The position numbers were made by a program, and so were the translations under genes. Under the pieces are notes generated by a model. That model worked only from the letters and a program-made list of their open reading frames with translations. It was not told the DNA's origin and made no database searches. Below are positions 44,969 through 57,916 of a stretch of DNA of 64,000 nt, piece after piece. This DNA comes from Psilocybe cubensis (taxonomy: Eukaryota). The first letter of the stretch is position 1, and each line of letters begins with the position of its first letter. The DNA lies in assembly GCA_017499595.2 (NCBI GenBank), contig CM039009.1, positions 2,108,001-2,172,000 of the forward strand. The letters are read 5' to 3'.

Positions 44969-45454
44969 ATTGTGGAATAGAGGTTTTTATTCAGTGTATA
45001 CAGTCAGCGTGGACACATGTATAAGCTTATTGCATGAGCATGTACTATTTATCGTTTAATTAGGATTTGTAATTTTATGCGGCTGCCTTAGTATTGAAAG
45101 TATCGAACCTGTTCCTTGGATTTCTTCATCCTCAAAATTCATAATAGCTTCCTTGAGCGTTTAAGTCAAATTCTGGATTCTTCATCGACTATTATTGATA
45201 TTGATCAAGGCTGCGTCATTTCTTGACTTGACTTAGATTGCGGTAGCCCTGATTAAATTGATGAAAAAAACATTCACTGAGGATCTATTGTGGAGGTGGT
45301 CCGTAACTATTATCAATGGCCTCAGTAGCTTCAACTCTGTTCCTCATTCCTCTGGCTGAGTATAATCGACAATGATAAACCTGTCTCTGAAGATTGTCAG
45401 ATATTATTTGTGATAGCTTCATGCATGGTAGAGACTCACTAAGGTTTTAAATTC

Positions 45455-45625
45455 TCAAACACATGAAGATCCAGTGCAAACGAACTCTCCGGTGTTTCCG
45501 ATCTCCTTGCAAGAGCATCCACGAGCTTCGATTTGTCCGAGTGCGGCAACGGGGCTTGGAGCAGCCTGAACGGTGCTGAAGACAGCTGCGAGGAGTACAG
45601 CAATGATTGTAGAGGAGAACTTCAT
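45455..45625 (-). CDS. 56-aa small secreted cysteine-rich peptide precursor (signal + pro + 21-aa four-Cys peptide)
   Basis: MKFSSTIIAVLLAAVFSTVQA|APSPVAALGQIEAR|GCSCKEIGNTGEFVCTGSSCV*; A-rich start context AAAAATG; TATA-like CATAAATA at 45700-45707. Confidence 0.78.
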   Translation of the reverse strand: MKFSSTIIAVLLAAVFSTVQAAPSPVAALGQIEARGCSCKEIGNTGEFVCTGSSCV

Positions 45626-47209
45626 TTTTCGCGGTGACCAGTGATTGGCACTGGACAGGAAATGTAGCTTTTCTGAACAATCTAAGTGAGCATTCGTAGT
45701 ATTTATGTCGTTCCACGTAGTCGTCGCAGTCGACTGTGGATTGTGTCCCACATGTCTAGTGGATAAAATTGGACAAATCTCTCCGTGTCTACTTCGCTTA
45801 GTTTCATAGTTTCATCGGTGTGCACATGGATTGGATGGATGATTGAATCAAGGAGCACCACGTCGTGTGAATATCCTCCCATGAAGACAATTCGTATCAT
45901 CCAGTCAAAAGTGGATCATCTCATTTTTTTCTTGATTGGAAACTGCGAGTATTGGCATTAGTAGTTTTACCTGCTTTTTTTCGTTGCGGTTTTAATTTTG
46001 GCACATGCCCTCGGTGCAAACCAGTTTAAACCAAGTTCATCGGCAAAAGCGGCATTTGAAATAGTTGCTATATTTGAAACTCAACCTAACTCAGACAGCA
46101 CTGAGTCATTGTCCTTGGCGGCGTCGGTTTGACGTCGGCAAACCGGCGAACCATACCACATTGTACAGAATTTAACATAAAGCTCAAAAGTTCTCGAAAC
46201 CCTGAAAAGAGGACAAATATCAATGATGACGTTAGTTCTTTGCTGATATGAGTGTTACAATGACAGCTGAAGTGCTGAGCTTCGAAAGGTGTTTTGTTTT
46301 GATGGTCGCCTAACGTTCATCAACACTTGAAGTGATTATAAGTCCGATAGCCGCCGATGATACGGCAGCACAACTGCCAAGGCGATGGGGGTTGCCCTAA
46401 TGGCGTCCTAACTTTTTACACATATTCATCTGCATTAGGTTTGATATCACTAGATTGAATACGGAAAAACTGTCATCACAAATTTCAATGATGGATATCT
46501 GCCCGTGTCGCCCGTAATTGATTGTAACAAGTTTCTGAGTAAGATAAATATAAACAAGTTTTGTGTGTATAGTAGCAGATAGAGCAAAATTAATGCCATG
46601 CCTCACTTGAGGTAATATTACAGTGGTAGATACCAGTATGCGTATAACTTTGTCGAAGAGGAGAGAAGGTACGGTGAATTGTTGCCGTTTAAAACTTTAA
46701 GTGCGAATCCGCTCTACTTAACTACAAAATTTTGAAGAGTTTCTGATCTTGCTGAGCGGAAACATCACTCTTTAATCTTCCATTAGCACCCCCCAAAATT
46801 GGTACTCCCAAAATAATAATGAAATCAAACACGGTTACAAAGCAAATTGGAAACCACCCACAAGCACTCAGAAGTACTGGTTATTATCAAAGTTGCACGA
46901 CATACATGTATTCAAATATGATTTACTCAGTGATAAAAACAGGATATAAAAGAGTCACGCATAAATTTGGGTTGCAGTTCACTCGCCACCAGCTGGCCAC
47001 TGATAATGTTCTACCAGTCACCAAGTTGTGCGGTACCGAATGCGTGTGAAAGTTCCATTGATTAGAATTGGTGATCATGAACTTCAATGTCATGGTGCGA
47101 TTAACGCTCATATGTTGCCCTCATTCTAAAGGGTTGGTAAGTCAAGCTTCAGTTTCACCTGCATATGATCATTGGCTTGAACATGAAAATGTTATACAGT
47201 GTTTCTCAT

Positions 47210-47957
47210 ATGGATGAAAACTCAAGCATCCAGTTCTCCATCTTCAAAGATTGCATCGCCCAGAAGTTGCTTCATCTTACAAGTACACCGAGCGATATCA
47301 CCGAAGACGAGAAATCTTCCACCGCGAGCAATTCAGAAAGCCCCTTGGACGATTTTTCTTCCTATCTAGCCACCGAAGCCTGGGAAACATTGCCTAACGT
47401 TCTCAAAGAAGCCACTCACGAAACGCGCGATGTTGTACCGGATCCCGATGCTCTTTCTCTCGACTCTTTGTCTACATCTTTCACCGACAGTTTAGTTTCT
47501 TATGGCGTAGTAAATGACGTAGATGATGCGACGAATTTTCTCAGAAAAATTATTGGCGAGTACATTTCTCAAACATGCGCTCCTCCTCCCGCTTGGAGCT
47601 CCACTAGGACCGAAAATTGCGAGATGTGTGGCCGGACAGTCCCGCTCACATACCATCATCTCATACCACGCTCTACGCATACAAAGGTTCTCAAGCAGGG
47701 GTGGCATCCGAAAGCCATGCTCAATTCTGTAGCTTGGCTTTGTAGGTAAGCCTCCAGTGTTACGTACGCTTCAAACGAGCGACTTTGCTAAAGATATATA
47801 CATCCATAGGCCCTGTCACTCTGTTGTACACCATGTGGCATCAAATGAAGATTTGGCCAGATACTTCCATACAGTTGAGCTTCTGATGGAGCGTGAAGAC
47901 ATTCAGAAATGGCAAAAATATGCAACAAAGCAGCGCTTTGGAATTCGGCGTGGGTGA
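47210..47957 (+). CDS. HNH-type zinc-binding nuclease-like protein (YisB-like), one intron
   Basis: CEMCGR...LTYHHLIPR...LNSVAWLCR|PCHSVVH...SNEDLARYFHTVELL. The start could be 47165, 47183, 47189 or 47210. Confidence 0.75.
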
Positions 47958-49576
47958 TTCCTCTCAGCATTCGAACTAGCCACCTTTTACATTATTCCAA
48001 TACAACAACTTGAAGATGGAGACATAGATGGTTATCCTTATTGATCAGTGGTATTAATGGTTAGACTGCTCCTTCAACACAACTTTTGCATCGTATCCCA
48101 TCCATTAATTACAGGCTAAAATTGAAGGTGGTCCCTAAAACAACCTGGGACTCAAAACGGTTTCGGGTAAAAGGGTGTGGTTTATTTTGGATTTCGGATA
48201 TAATGATGGCCACGAACGGCTGATTGTGATCTGCGCAATCCTTTTCGAGGCTCCTCAAGCTATGGAAGCCCCAACGTTTGTCCCACATTCTATCCGATCC
48301 CACCCATAGTTTCCGTAGATCGTCTTGAAATAGAACACTACCGAAAAGCGTTCTGGGGTCTGATCATCGGTTTTCCCATGTAAGCAATCTACTCTGGACA
48401 GGGTTAATGGATCGTTTCCATACAGTCTCGTTTTCAGTGGACGTTTTCTACTTCCCTAATGTTATGAGAATTTACTCCGAGTGGAAATTCTGGAGCTAGA
48501 TCGCAATGCAAGTACATCCAGGTTGGTCAATGCTTTCTTAAAGTATATTCTATTTCAAACTATTCGGCGTGCACGTTGCTATAGAAGGTAATTATACTTG
48601 CATTCGCTGATCATGATGTCATTTAATACGCACTCTATTCATCATCGTCGTGTTGGATAGAAAAAATTGAACATAATATACGCTTCGATAGACCCATTTG
48701 TCTACGCTAACTGGTTTATCTGAATCTTCTCCTAAGCTTATTGGATTCAGGGCATGTATTCTGGGGTTTCAATTTAAAGTTGGTGGGTATTTCAGAGGCA
48801 TCCAAGCGTCCTCTGCATACTCAAGGCTTAAAAATAGGCGTGGGGGATGAATATTTGCCCCCTACAATTATCAAGAATATATTTCAATTTAAAATGCTCG
48901 GTAAATAGGTATATCGCGACGGAAATATTTGCGCCGTATCCAATCATATCGTGGTCATGCATTGCATCATTCCGGACCCACCCATGAATCATGACTGCGT
49001 ACAGAATGGTTAATACTTTGAACTATCATGGACCCAGGGTTTACAACTTGCTAGTTAAGGCTCAGCAGCTGGTTCAACCTACAGACGCGGAGTTGATACG
49101 TGAGTCCAGTCTCCGGACAGACGACGGCCCTGCAGCTGCACAGCCAATTGTGTGAATACAATTCTATATCCATCCCCCATTTTGGTATGAACGACCATTG
49201 TTTGCCTCATTAGTTTGATACTTTTTTATTGATTTCTCATTAAGGAGAACAAGGAGGAATGAGCCTCTCAGCTTCTACATCTTACGGTGTGACATCGATG
49301 ACAGGTTAGTATCGCGTCGTTTCCCATTATTTGGATACTCCTTTCATGGATTGTTTGAATTCTGATTGATTCCATCGCTTGGTGTCGATTACAGGATTTC
49401 CGGAATCGTTCCAAAGGAGCACGGTGACCCCGTCTTCATCTTACGACACAGAGTCGACTGCTGCAATGCTGATAGGGATAGGCGAGCCATCAGGGTGAAT
49501 CAAGCACTAAATAAACTCAGAGATATACTCACAGTCGTATCTACACCACTCATCTGCCAGATCTACAGCAGTATCA

Positions 49577-50452
49577 ATGTCTGTCGAACGAGGTCGAGAA
49601 TGCATTCCTGTACCATCTACCCGCAGAGTCTCAAGAAGCAGCATGATGCGCTTGGAGAATATCTTGAACGATGTCTCTATCAATCACGATCCAGCCCCCA
49701 CTTCGAGACCACCTCGTTCTCGGAGCTTGGGATCTGTACATTCCAATAGACAGGACGCGATTGATGTATACAACTCTACTCTTATCAAATTGGTTATCAC
49801 TCAACTCATAAATATACAGATTTTCTCACCGCCATCTCCTGGAAGCGCAACAAGCGCGCCTGGAAGAAGTCAATCCCCAGAAGACGACATCTGGAAAACG
49901 ACTGCAGCCGGTACGACAGTCAAGAAGAAAAAAGTTAAAATGCACAGATGCTCCGAGTGCCAGAAAGATTTTCCTAGGTATGGGCGCTCTTCATATTTTT
50001 ATTTTATCAGAAAACTGATTCTGGATTATGAGGCCGAGCGGACTGCGAACTCATATGAACATGCATACAAAAGAGAAACGTAAGCTTAGTTAGTTCCTCT
50101 TGTCTCGTACTAAAAACTACTTCCTACAGCATTTGCATGTACATATCCAGGCTGCTTGCGGTCATTTTCTGTGGTTTCTAATGCCCGTCGCCACATGCGC
50201 ACACATGGCGTCGGCGTAACCACCGAGGATGTAGAACAACCACCGGTACCCTACGTCGTGGGATTCGAAGATCCGATGGTCCTCGACCAGCCGGATTCAT
50301 TGGGAATTCCTGGATACTCACCCTCTAGAAGCCACCCGTTTAGATTGAGGTGGATACCTTTAACAACATCTACTCCAAAATCAGATAAGAGGCAGGATCG
50401 ACATTCTCCTGATATCCTGTACTCCAACAGCGGCGTTCAATCCAAAGGTTAA
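49577..50452 (+). CDS. C2H2 zinc-finger transcription factor (two fingers); 5' exons upstream (about 49000-49570) not resolved
   Basis: HRCSECQKDFPR|PSGLRTHMNMHTKEK|PFACTYPGCLRSFSVVSNARRHMRTH. Confidence 0.8.
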
Positions 50453-51159
50453 ATGAAAAGGGAGGTAAGTGACTATTTCATTTTTCAACGGTTTTGCAAT
50501 AAGAACTGACTTTATGCTTTTCAGTAACCATCTGAAATTTAGGAGATACTTTGCAAGACTTTATGCAACCTCTCTTACAGCTAAGAACACTTATACAGTC
50601 TTTCTATATCATGGTCATCAGGGTACTCAACAGTAGAGGGGCTCATCGTTGTTTTGTTACTATACTATAAGAAGGAAGCGGACACTTAAACGTACACTCA
50701 GCACAGAAGCATATATACTGTTCATCTATCATTGATATATAGAAAACCCACATCCGTTTATAATAGGGTTTTTCTGTAAATTCAAACCAACAAATGATAT
50801 CAATTCAATTTCCAGTGTATTTCCTCTCATCCTCTGTTTTATTGCAGATGGAAATTAATATAAAATTTACTGTATATCTACTTTGACCGAAAAATAAGTT
50901 TCAAGCTTTTTGAGTATCCGCCGATTTGTTTTATATCCTGTGCCACTGAATGTACGCGACTGACCCCTATTCACCCCTAGATATTGCCTAAATTTGTATG
51001 GTTTAGCGTGATTGAAATCAACTTTTCCACGTGGCTTGACATTTATGATTTTGGGCGGCGGCTGAGGCAAGCTCTTCCTTTGACTTGGACAAGGGCGTAC
51101 CAAGGGCGTACCAGAACGCCAATACGGTTTCTTCTGCTATTGCAGATAATTTTGCCATC

Positions 51160-52868
51160 ATGAACACTACTACCTATCCAATACTTCCGTCACGACCCAT
51201 TCACCCACATATTTCAACAACTTGTACCAACGCAAGATGTAATGTGCCATTAGAATTTCCGGTGCCGAACCCGCTGCCCCGCCCAGGCACTCTGCTGCAG
51301 ATACGATGTTTTGCATGCCAGAATGTGCTCTCGCATGCCTTTTATCCGGGTCAAGTACCCTCCTCATCGGTCACGTATCAGCAAAGCAATAGATCGACCC
51401 CCAACTCGCAAAGTTCGACGGGTGCTAGTGGTTCGCAGCAGCAGCAGCAGCAGCAGAGGAAAGGGAGGAAGATCGGTACACAGGACAGGCCGCTGGAGAC
51501 AGGATACTATGATATCCTAGGTGTACCTGTGACTGCGACCACGGATGATATTAAAAAAGCCTACAGTGTGTCCTCTGTTCTTCGACTGTAATCGTTTATT
51601 TATATCGTCATTATAGGACGAGCTGCAATCAAACACCATCCAGACAAGAATCCAGACGATCCTCATGCTGAAGAGCGGTTCAAGGAAATTGCTATTGCCT
51701 ATCAGACCCTCTCAGACGATGCTCTGCGCCGCAAGTACAACGAATTTGGGCCCAAGGAAACTGCTCCTGAGGGCGGCTACGTCGATCCAGAGGAAGTCTT
51801 TGGGGCCATGTTCGGTGGAGAGCGCTTTGTACCTATCATTGGCAACATCAGTTTGGCCCGCGATATGAAAACCGCTTTGCAAGAAGCCGAAGACACAGAC
51901 GCTGATGAGGAGCAGTCACATGCCTCCAGGCCGAAGGACGCGAAGGGTAGAGCGATACTCAGTCCAGAAGAGAAGGCCAGGAAGGAGGAAAAGGACAGGA
52001 TCAAAGCAGAGAAAGATAAACAGAAAGCTGCAGAGGTTGGTTCACTCTTCTTTATTCAGCCCCCCTTTTTTATCTTTGTTCCAATCAGAAAGCAGCTGCA
52101 CGAGCAGAAAGAGTCAACAAGCTCGTCGAGAACATGGAGCGCAAGCTCAGTATATTCACCGAATCGGCGTCAGGACCAGACGATCCAGACGTATCAAACA
52201 GCTGGCGGACCATATGTCAGCTAGAAGCCGAGTACGTCTGCTTATTATGTCTGTCGATCCAGAAACCCACAACACCTTCCACAGAGACCTGAAGAACGAA
52301 TCGTATGGCGTTGAACTTTTACAAACCATCGGGTTCGTGTACGTAGCCAAGGCGAAGCATCATCTGGCGACAAATCAGACATTCCTCGGCGTTGGAGGGT
52401 GGCTACACAACGTGCAAGGCAAATACCATGTATTTAGCGAGACGTGGGTCATGTCAAATTTAACTTTCTCTTTCCTTCTAATTTCCTGCACGTAGCGTCT
52501 CAACCCTCCGTTCAGCAATTGAGCTCAAGAGCGTGTTCGATCAGATCCAAGCAGCTGAAAAGGCGGGGAATTTGAGCCCAGAGGAGAGAAAGAAACTCGA
52601 GGAGCAAGCAGCGGAGAAGGGTATTCAAGCGCTGTTCAAAGGAACCAAGCTAGAAGTCGAGTCGATTCTGCGCGAGACATGCGAACGAGTGTTGACCGAC
52701 CCTACCATTTCCCGGGAAAAGGCGCAATTACGAGCGGTGGCGCTCCAGATGCTCGGGGAGGCGTACATGAGCGTGAAGAAGGATGATAATGGCGCGAACG
52801 TCGGAGACGACGCGGACTATGTCAAAGTCGACACGAAGAGCAGCAGAGCTCGCGAGGCGAAAAGATAG
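51160..52868 (+). CDS. DnaJ (Hsp40) protein with DnaJ-X domain (Djp1/Caj1-like) and N-terminal Cys4 motif
   Basis: YYDILGV...IKKAY|RRAAIKHHPDKNP...FKEIAIAYQTLSD...KYNEFG; MFGGERFVPIIG, LKNESYGVELLQTIG, KLEVESILRETCERVL. Confidence 0.9.
51436..51456 (+). repeat. (CAG)7 microsatellite encoding polyQ
   Basis: CAGCAGCAGCAGCAGCAGCAG in exon 1 of the DnaJ gene. Confidence 0.9.
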
Positions 52869-53163
52869 GTCGTGCTCGATGAGATTTTGCGCCTTCAATA
52901 AATCCAGATACCATTATACAAATGCGTACACTATCCGATGGATGTCATTCGATTACTGATATCGCCTTACAGTTACAAGCTTGTTTTAATACCACTCAGC
53001 AGTGATAGATGTAGATGCATACCCAAACGTCCTAATTGTCAATGTACCAACAAATCTGGGATTCACGTATTTCTCCAGGTTACCCAACGACTTAGCATGG
53101 CATGTTCATTATAGATCCAAAAGATAAGGATATATTTTGTCTAATTCTATTGGACATCCATTG

Positions 53164-54828
53164 CTATGAAGTACTGGAAACAGGAACCTGTTTTGCCGCC
53201 TCAGCATCTGCGTGTGCAACTTCTCCTGCCGAAGGGATCGACGCGGCCTCCGTCTCTACAGGGGTTTCCGTGGTCGGTTTCGCATTTTTGCCCTTGCCGG
53301 GAGGTGGCGGGTGGTAAACCTTTTCCTGGAAAATAGTGAAATTTAAGTATGAATCCAATTCAACGATTGACATTCCACCAACACCCAGGTCCACAAAAAT
53401 AATGCATAAATCAAGCTTACCTTTTTCTTCTTTTTATCCTTTGCGTTGGGATCGGGGTATGCCAGTTTTTCAATCTTTTGCCACTCCTCGTTCTCTTCGA
53501 ATGCCTTGCGGATTGGCTCAAGCAGGCGCACAATCCCATTCGCAACGGCCTTCTTCAAATCACCTGGATGCAGGTTCTTGGAAGCGAAATCGTCTTCGAT
53601 TTCTTTGAAAGAGGCATAGTGTGTATTTCCTCCGAATTTTTCATCCCTCTCAACGCTAAACACAGTCCCTTCTGGCGCGTCGTCTGTGATGAATGGTCTC
53701 TGATCACCAAGTCCTTCCTCGAGCAGGGTTCCGGTGCCCGCAGCAAGCGCTGCCTTGCGTTCCAGACGGAGCTGGCTAATGGGTATCAAGACAGCGTTGA
53801 CGAAGGCAAGAACACCGTTTCCCTCGACCGTACCCTCTTCGCAGAAGGCAGCCTTCAGCTTCTTGCGAATGGTTTCTGCAGTATCGAGGAAGTCGATTTT
53901 GGAATTGGGATCCGATGCGGACATCTTTCCACCGGCAAGACCTGGAACCATGGCGTTCATGAGATGGGCTCGTTTGGCGTACCCAAGGCGGGGGAGGTAG
54001 AGCTCGGCGAATGTGAAGATCTTGCGCTACAGGAGATGTCAGTACAGAGTGATAGGAATGGTCAGCCAACATACTTGATCTACACCACCAAATTGGAAAT
54101 CGACACCAAGGTATTGCTCATCCAGCGCCTGCAATCCGGGGTATAAAAGTCCACTGAGAAGTGCGCTGTCCACCTGTTTTACGACCTCTGCACCAGCCTT
54201 TTTGGCATCGTGCTCAGTGACGGATGCGCAAAGCCTGTAGTTATCCATGTTGTACTCCCTGGTGAGCTGGTAAGAAGATCCCTCTACGAAACGTAAGGTA
54301 GAAGTAGGGATTCCAAGCGACTTGAAGACAGTGCGGAGGAGGAACTCGTAGTACTTTGTTCGATGCGCTACGAGTTCCAGAGGCGCCTTCATGTTATCGA
54401 GGAAGGCATGGATATCTGTGAAATCAATGAGAATATGTTGGGTCTGGAAACATACTACTAGCCTGCCAGCAGAATAGTGACCTGTAAAATCCATGAATAC
54501 TCCGAAATATAAACGAAACAACGACCACGTACGTCTACTCCTGCTCGCAAGAAATCTGCGATCTTCGTCAATGGAACAAAGTATCCAATATGTGCTGAAC
54601 AATATTAAGTTTTCGCAATTGAATGGGATCTAGAGTGGCGTACGTCTTCCAGTCGGTGCAGTTCCTGTATGTTAGGTTAGAACTTGGATGTGCATTTAAA
54701 ATGTAATACGCGCCCCAGTAACATTTTGGCTGCCGTCCTTCAGCGAGAATGCCTTTGATGATGTCTGCACCCAAAACTTCCTGCAGTCTACGGGTGATAA
54801 GCTCGTACTTCTCGTCCGGAGTCGCCAT
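53164..54828 (-). CDS. TYS1: Cytoplasmic tyrosyl-tRNA synthetase
   Basis: [53 protein letters not shown]...[26 protein letters not shown]. Confidence 0.95.
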
Positions 54829-55246
54829 GATTATGGATGATTGATCGAAGTAATTGTTAACTTGAAAGATCGCAAAATCTTATCGACTTGACTCGACACG
54901 GATACTTCCGTTAAAGCCATAATCCTTTGAAATAAATAACTGCATCGTATGCTTAGGGGTTACAGTTCAAAAAGGGAAGTCAACTCTATATTTGGAAGTT
55001 GAATTGGAAGGCTGTTTTTTAAGCTTGTTCAGAAAACGCCGGGACTCGTCCCAGGTCCTAGACAAATTTCTATGGCGTTCAGTCTAAGACTTGGGATAGA
55101 ATGCTGAAATTGAGCTCGATTAAAGACCGGTTTCAAGCATCTATATATTGGCTGTCTATGTTTTCTTTTGACATTCAAGTTTTGGTTTAGAAATTATCGA
55201 CTCTGATCGACTACTATCGTTACATAGTCTCCACACGTTGATGTGT

Positions 55247-56483
55247 CTAGTGAGAGGTACCAGACTCTATATCAATAGTCGGCGTGCGCTCTAAAGTGTC
55301 AGTTTGTTTGCTTTCACCGATACTCTGAGTGAAGCGAATGGAGGATATGGCCCCGATTTGGCCAAGATCATTGGAAGCTTTTTTTTCTTCCACTCGACGC
55401 TGGGCCACGCGGATTAAAATCAAGTTGAAGGCGATCCCCGTAACACCGAGGTTCTACAGGCGGAATGAGGCGAATGTTTGTTAGTGTGGTCCACATCAAG
55501 AAGAAATACGGCGACAACAGTACCATATCTGATATAATGGCAATGGCAAAAGCATTCGGGGTCCACCATACAACAAAATGCGCGATAGCTGTGGCGAGGT
55601 ATATGACGCCTGATTCTATCAACACACGCATTGCGAAGCTAAGTGCGCTGTCGGACGTGCTGGTGGCATCGGTCCGTTTGGAAACAGATGAAATTTTTCG
55701 CACAATCATAACTAGCTCATAGGATCAGTAAGAGAAATATCACGGACAGACGCTCCTATACTTACATGTTGCGTAACTGTTCAAAATAATTGTTGACGCC
55801 CAAAATGGGGTCAAGATTGTACCAGGTCCAACCTGCATATTTACCGGCTGCCATGCGCCAGATATGGAGGCACTTTGAACTATCTGCCAATATGCTTGTA
55901 GTACGGTAAGCATTAGGCCTCCAAGCCAAAAGAATACTGGGAACACAATGACACGCTTGGAATTATTGTAAATAATCCAACAACGGTATATCTGATATGG
56001 GTAAAGTGAAGTTATAAGCTATTTCTTATGCCTAGAACATTCCCTTTGAATGATACACGACTTACTAAGACAGAGTCTGCTAGGAGGGTAGTCATATTTG
56101 AATTTGTACACTGTTGATTTCATCCTTGTTAACACGTCAAGTCAAAAAAAAATAAAAATAAAAATAAAACTCACAATAACCACTGACATCCACAGAAGTT
56201 TTGTGGAACCTGTATACTCTTGTGAGGTGGAAGCAGAAGTTTTATTTGCGTCGTCGACCACTTTCACTGCACTAATGAGCTGAAGCACCTTTGAGATAGT
56301 CGAGAATGTGCATATTGCAATGGTAATAGTGACCAGGGTCCAACTGATTCGTGACCGAACCCTCCAACCTTCGTCCGTGAAGATGAGCCATCGCAGGCAA
56401 TGGAAAAGAGTCGACAGATATAAACCGTAAACGAGGGCAATGACAAACATGACTTGGACATCTTGACCTGGTAGAAGGGACAT
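55247..56483 (-). CDS. Seven-TM membrane protein of an Agaricomycete-expanded GPCR-like family, copy A (C-terminus 9 codons shorter than copy B)
   Basis: Seven hydrophobic segments; LADSVL|IYRCWIIY, LNSYAT, RVLIESGVIY, GIAFNLILIRV; TAG at 55247-55249. Confidence 0.8.
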
Positions 56484-57916
56484 TGTGAGTAAATTCGAAG
56501 TATGCAAGCTTCTCTGACTAAAATCAATGCATTATATACCAGTTGCCTCTAGTCTTCATCATTGGGATCAGTGAGCAGAATATCCACTTGATCACAAAAA
56601 TGTCAAAGCGGGGATCAGGAACTTGGGATATCTCTTCTGCACAGTTTGGTTGGTGGAAATGCAGATATATCCCCAATAACCATCTACGGCAATCCTTTCT
56701 TTGAGTTGGTAAATAAAAATATAACTTCTGTATAAGTACATGAGTTCTGGGACAAAAACAATCTTGCTGTGTCAATGATAATATAGCTCCAAAAATACCT
56801 CTGCCTATAGAAGAGGCCTGATTATTGAATGACATCCTTTTAGGTCAGTTTTGTCCCGTAAAGATCAAGTCAAATCATTCTTTATCAGATAGTTAGGTAT
56901 TATTCTGAAATCCCGTACATTAAAGATCATGAAGAATGGCATAATGTCCTAGTTGACCAATTTTGTTTCATTTACTCAAGGATAACTGATTTCGCTATTA
57001 ATATCCAGCTCCACATTTCCCAACGCAGTCGATATTTAACAACAAAAACGTATTAGCTCAATGTACCGTATAAAGTCAATGGAAACTAGGAAAGTAATAC
57101 ACAGATCCAACAATTATATAGAAATGAAACTAGAACCGTACGAGCCACATAGAAACCTTCTGTTAAGCGCCCATCGGTGAAATCCTCTATCCAGACTTCC
57201 ACATGAGCTTGGAGTAACTTACCCACGCAATTAATATCCACCATTACGATATTCAATGGAGGAAAATGTTTTTATATGAACCAGTGATCGCGCGTTCTAT
57301 TTCTACTGGCCATGAACACTGGCGTACCGTGACCTCAGTTAAGTGCATCAACTGTTAGACGGGCAGGCAACACTAAAGTATGAGGATTCAATCCTTGCGA
57401 AAATATGATTAACTTCCAAGTCGTTATATTCCTTTATTTAAACGGTTCAAAGACACCCCACAGTTCATGAACATTGATGGAACGCACGACGGCGCTTTAA
57501 ATACCTTCATATAACTTTCAAAAGACAGCTAGAATCACTAACAAATTAAGGAAAACAATCCAAACAGGGAAATGCATTAAAATTTGGAAGTTGCCAGTGG
57601 ATAGAAGCTGATCTTGGCTCTTCTCGGCTGAAAAAGGATAAAATCTTTCCTAAAGATGTGCTGTGCACTGTAATTTAAATCGTTCACTGTTAGTCGATTT
57701 CGACCTTGAACGTATGATTGATTACCAAACAATAATCTAGTGATAGTGTCTGTTTTCGTTTGACACTACTAAACTTATCAGTCTTCTATTATACACAGTC
57801 TAATTAATGTCGTTATACTGTTTCCACACGTTAATGTGTTTCAATCGTAGTATTCTATGCAAATCCAATACCTAATTTCCTCTTCTTTGAGTTAGTAGAC
57901 AATTATGATAATATTG

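Noticed and set aside
46121-46148. Short GC-rich hairpin CGTCGGTTTG/CAAACCGGCG as a possible Helitron 3' end
   Set aside because: Imperfect, with no CTRR terminus at the expected distance.
51090-51111. Tandem 11-bp repeat CAAGGGCGTAC x2
   Set aside because: Two copies only, no spacers; a trivial local duplication, not CRISPR-like.
53478-54146. Long antisense ORFs (222 aa here; also 31282-31773, 29128-29532, 10501-10863)
   Set aside because: Shadow ORFs opposite conserved, codon-biased genes.
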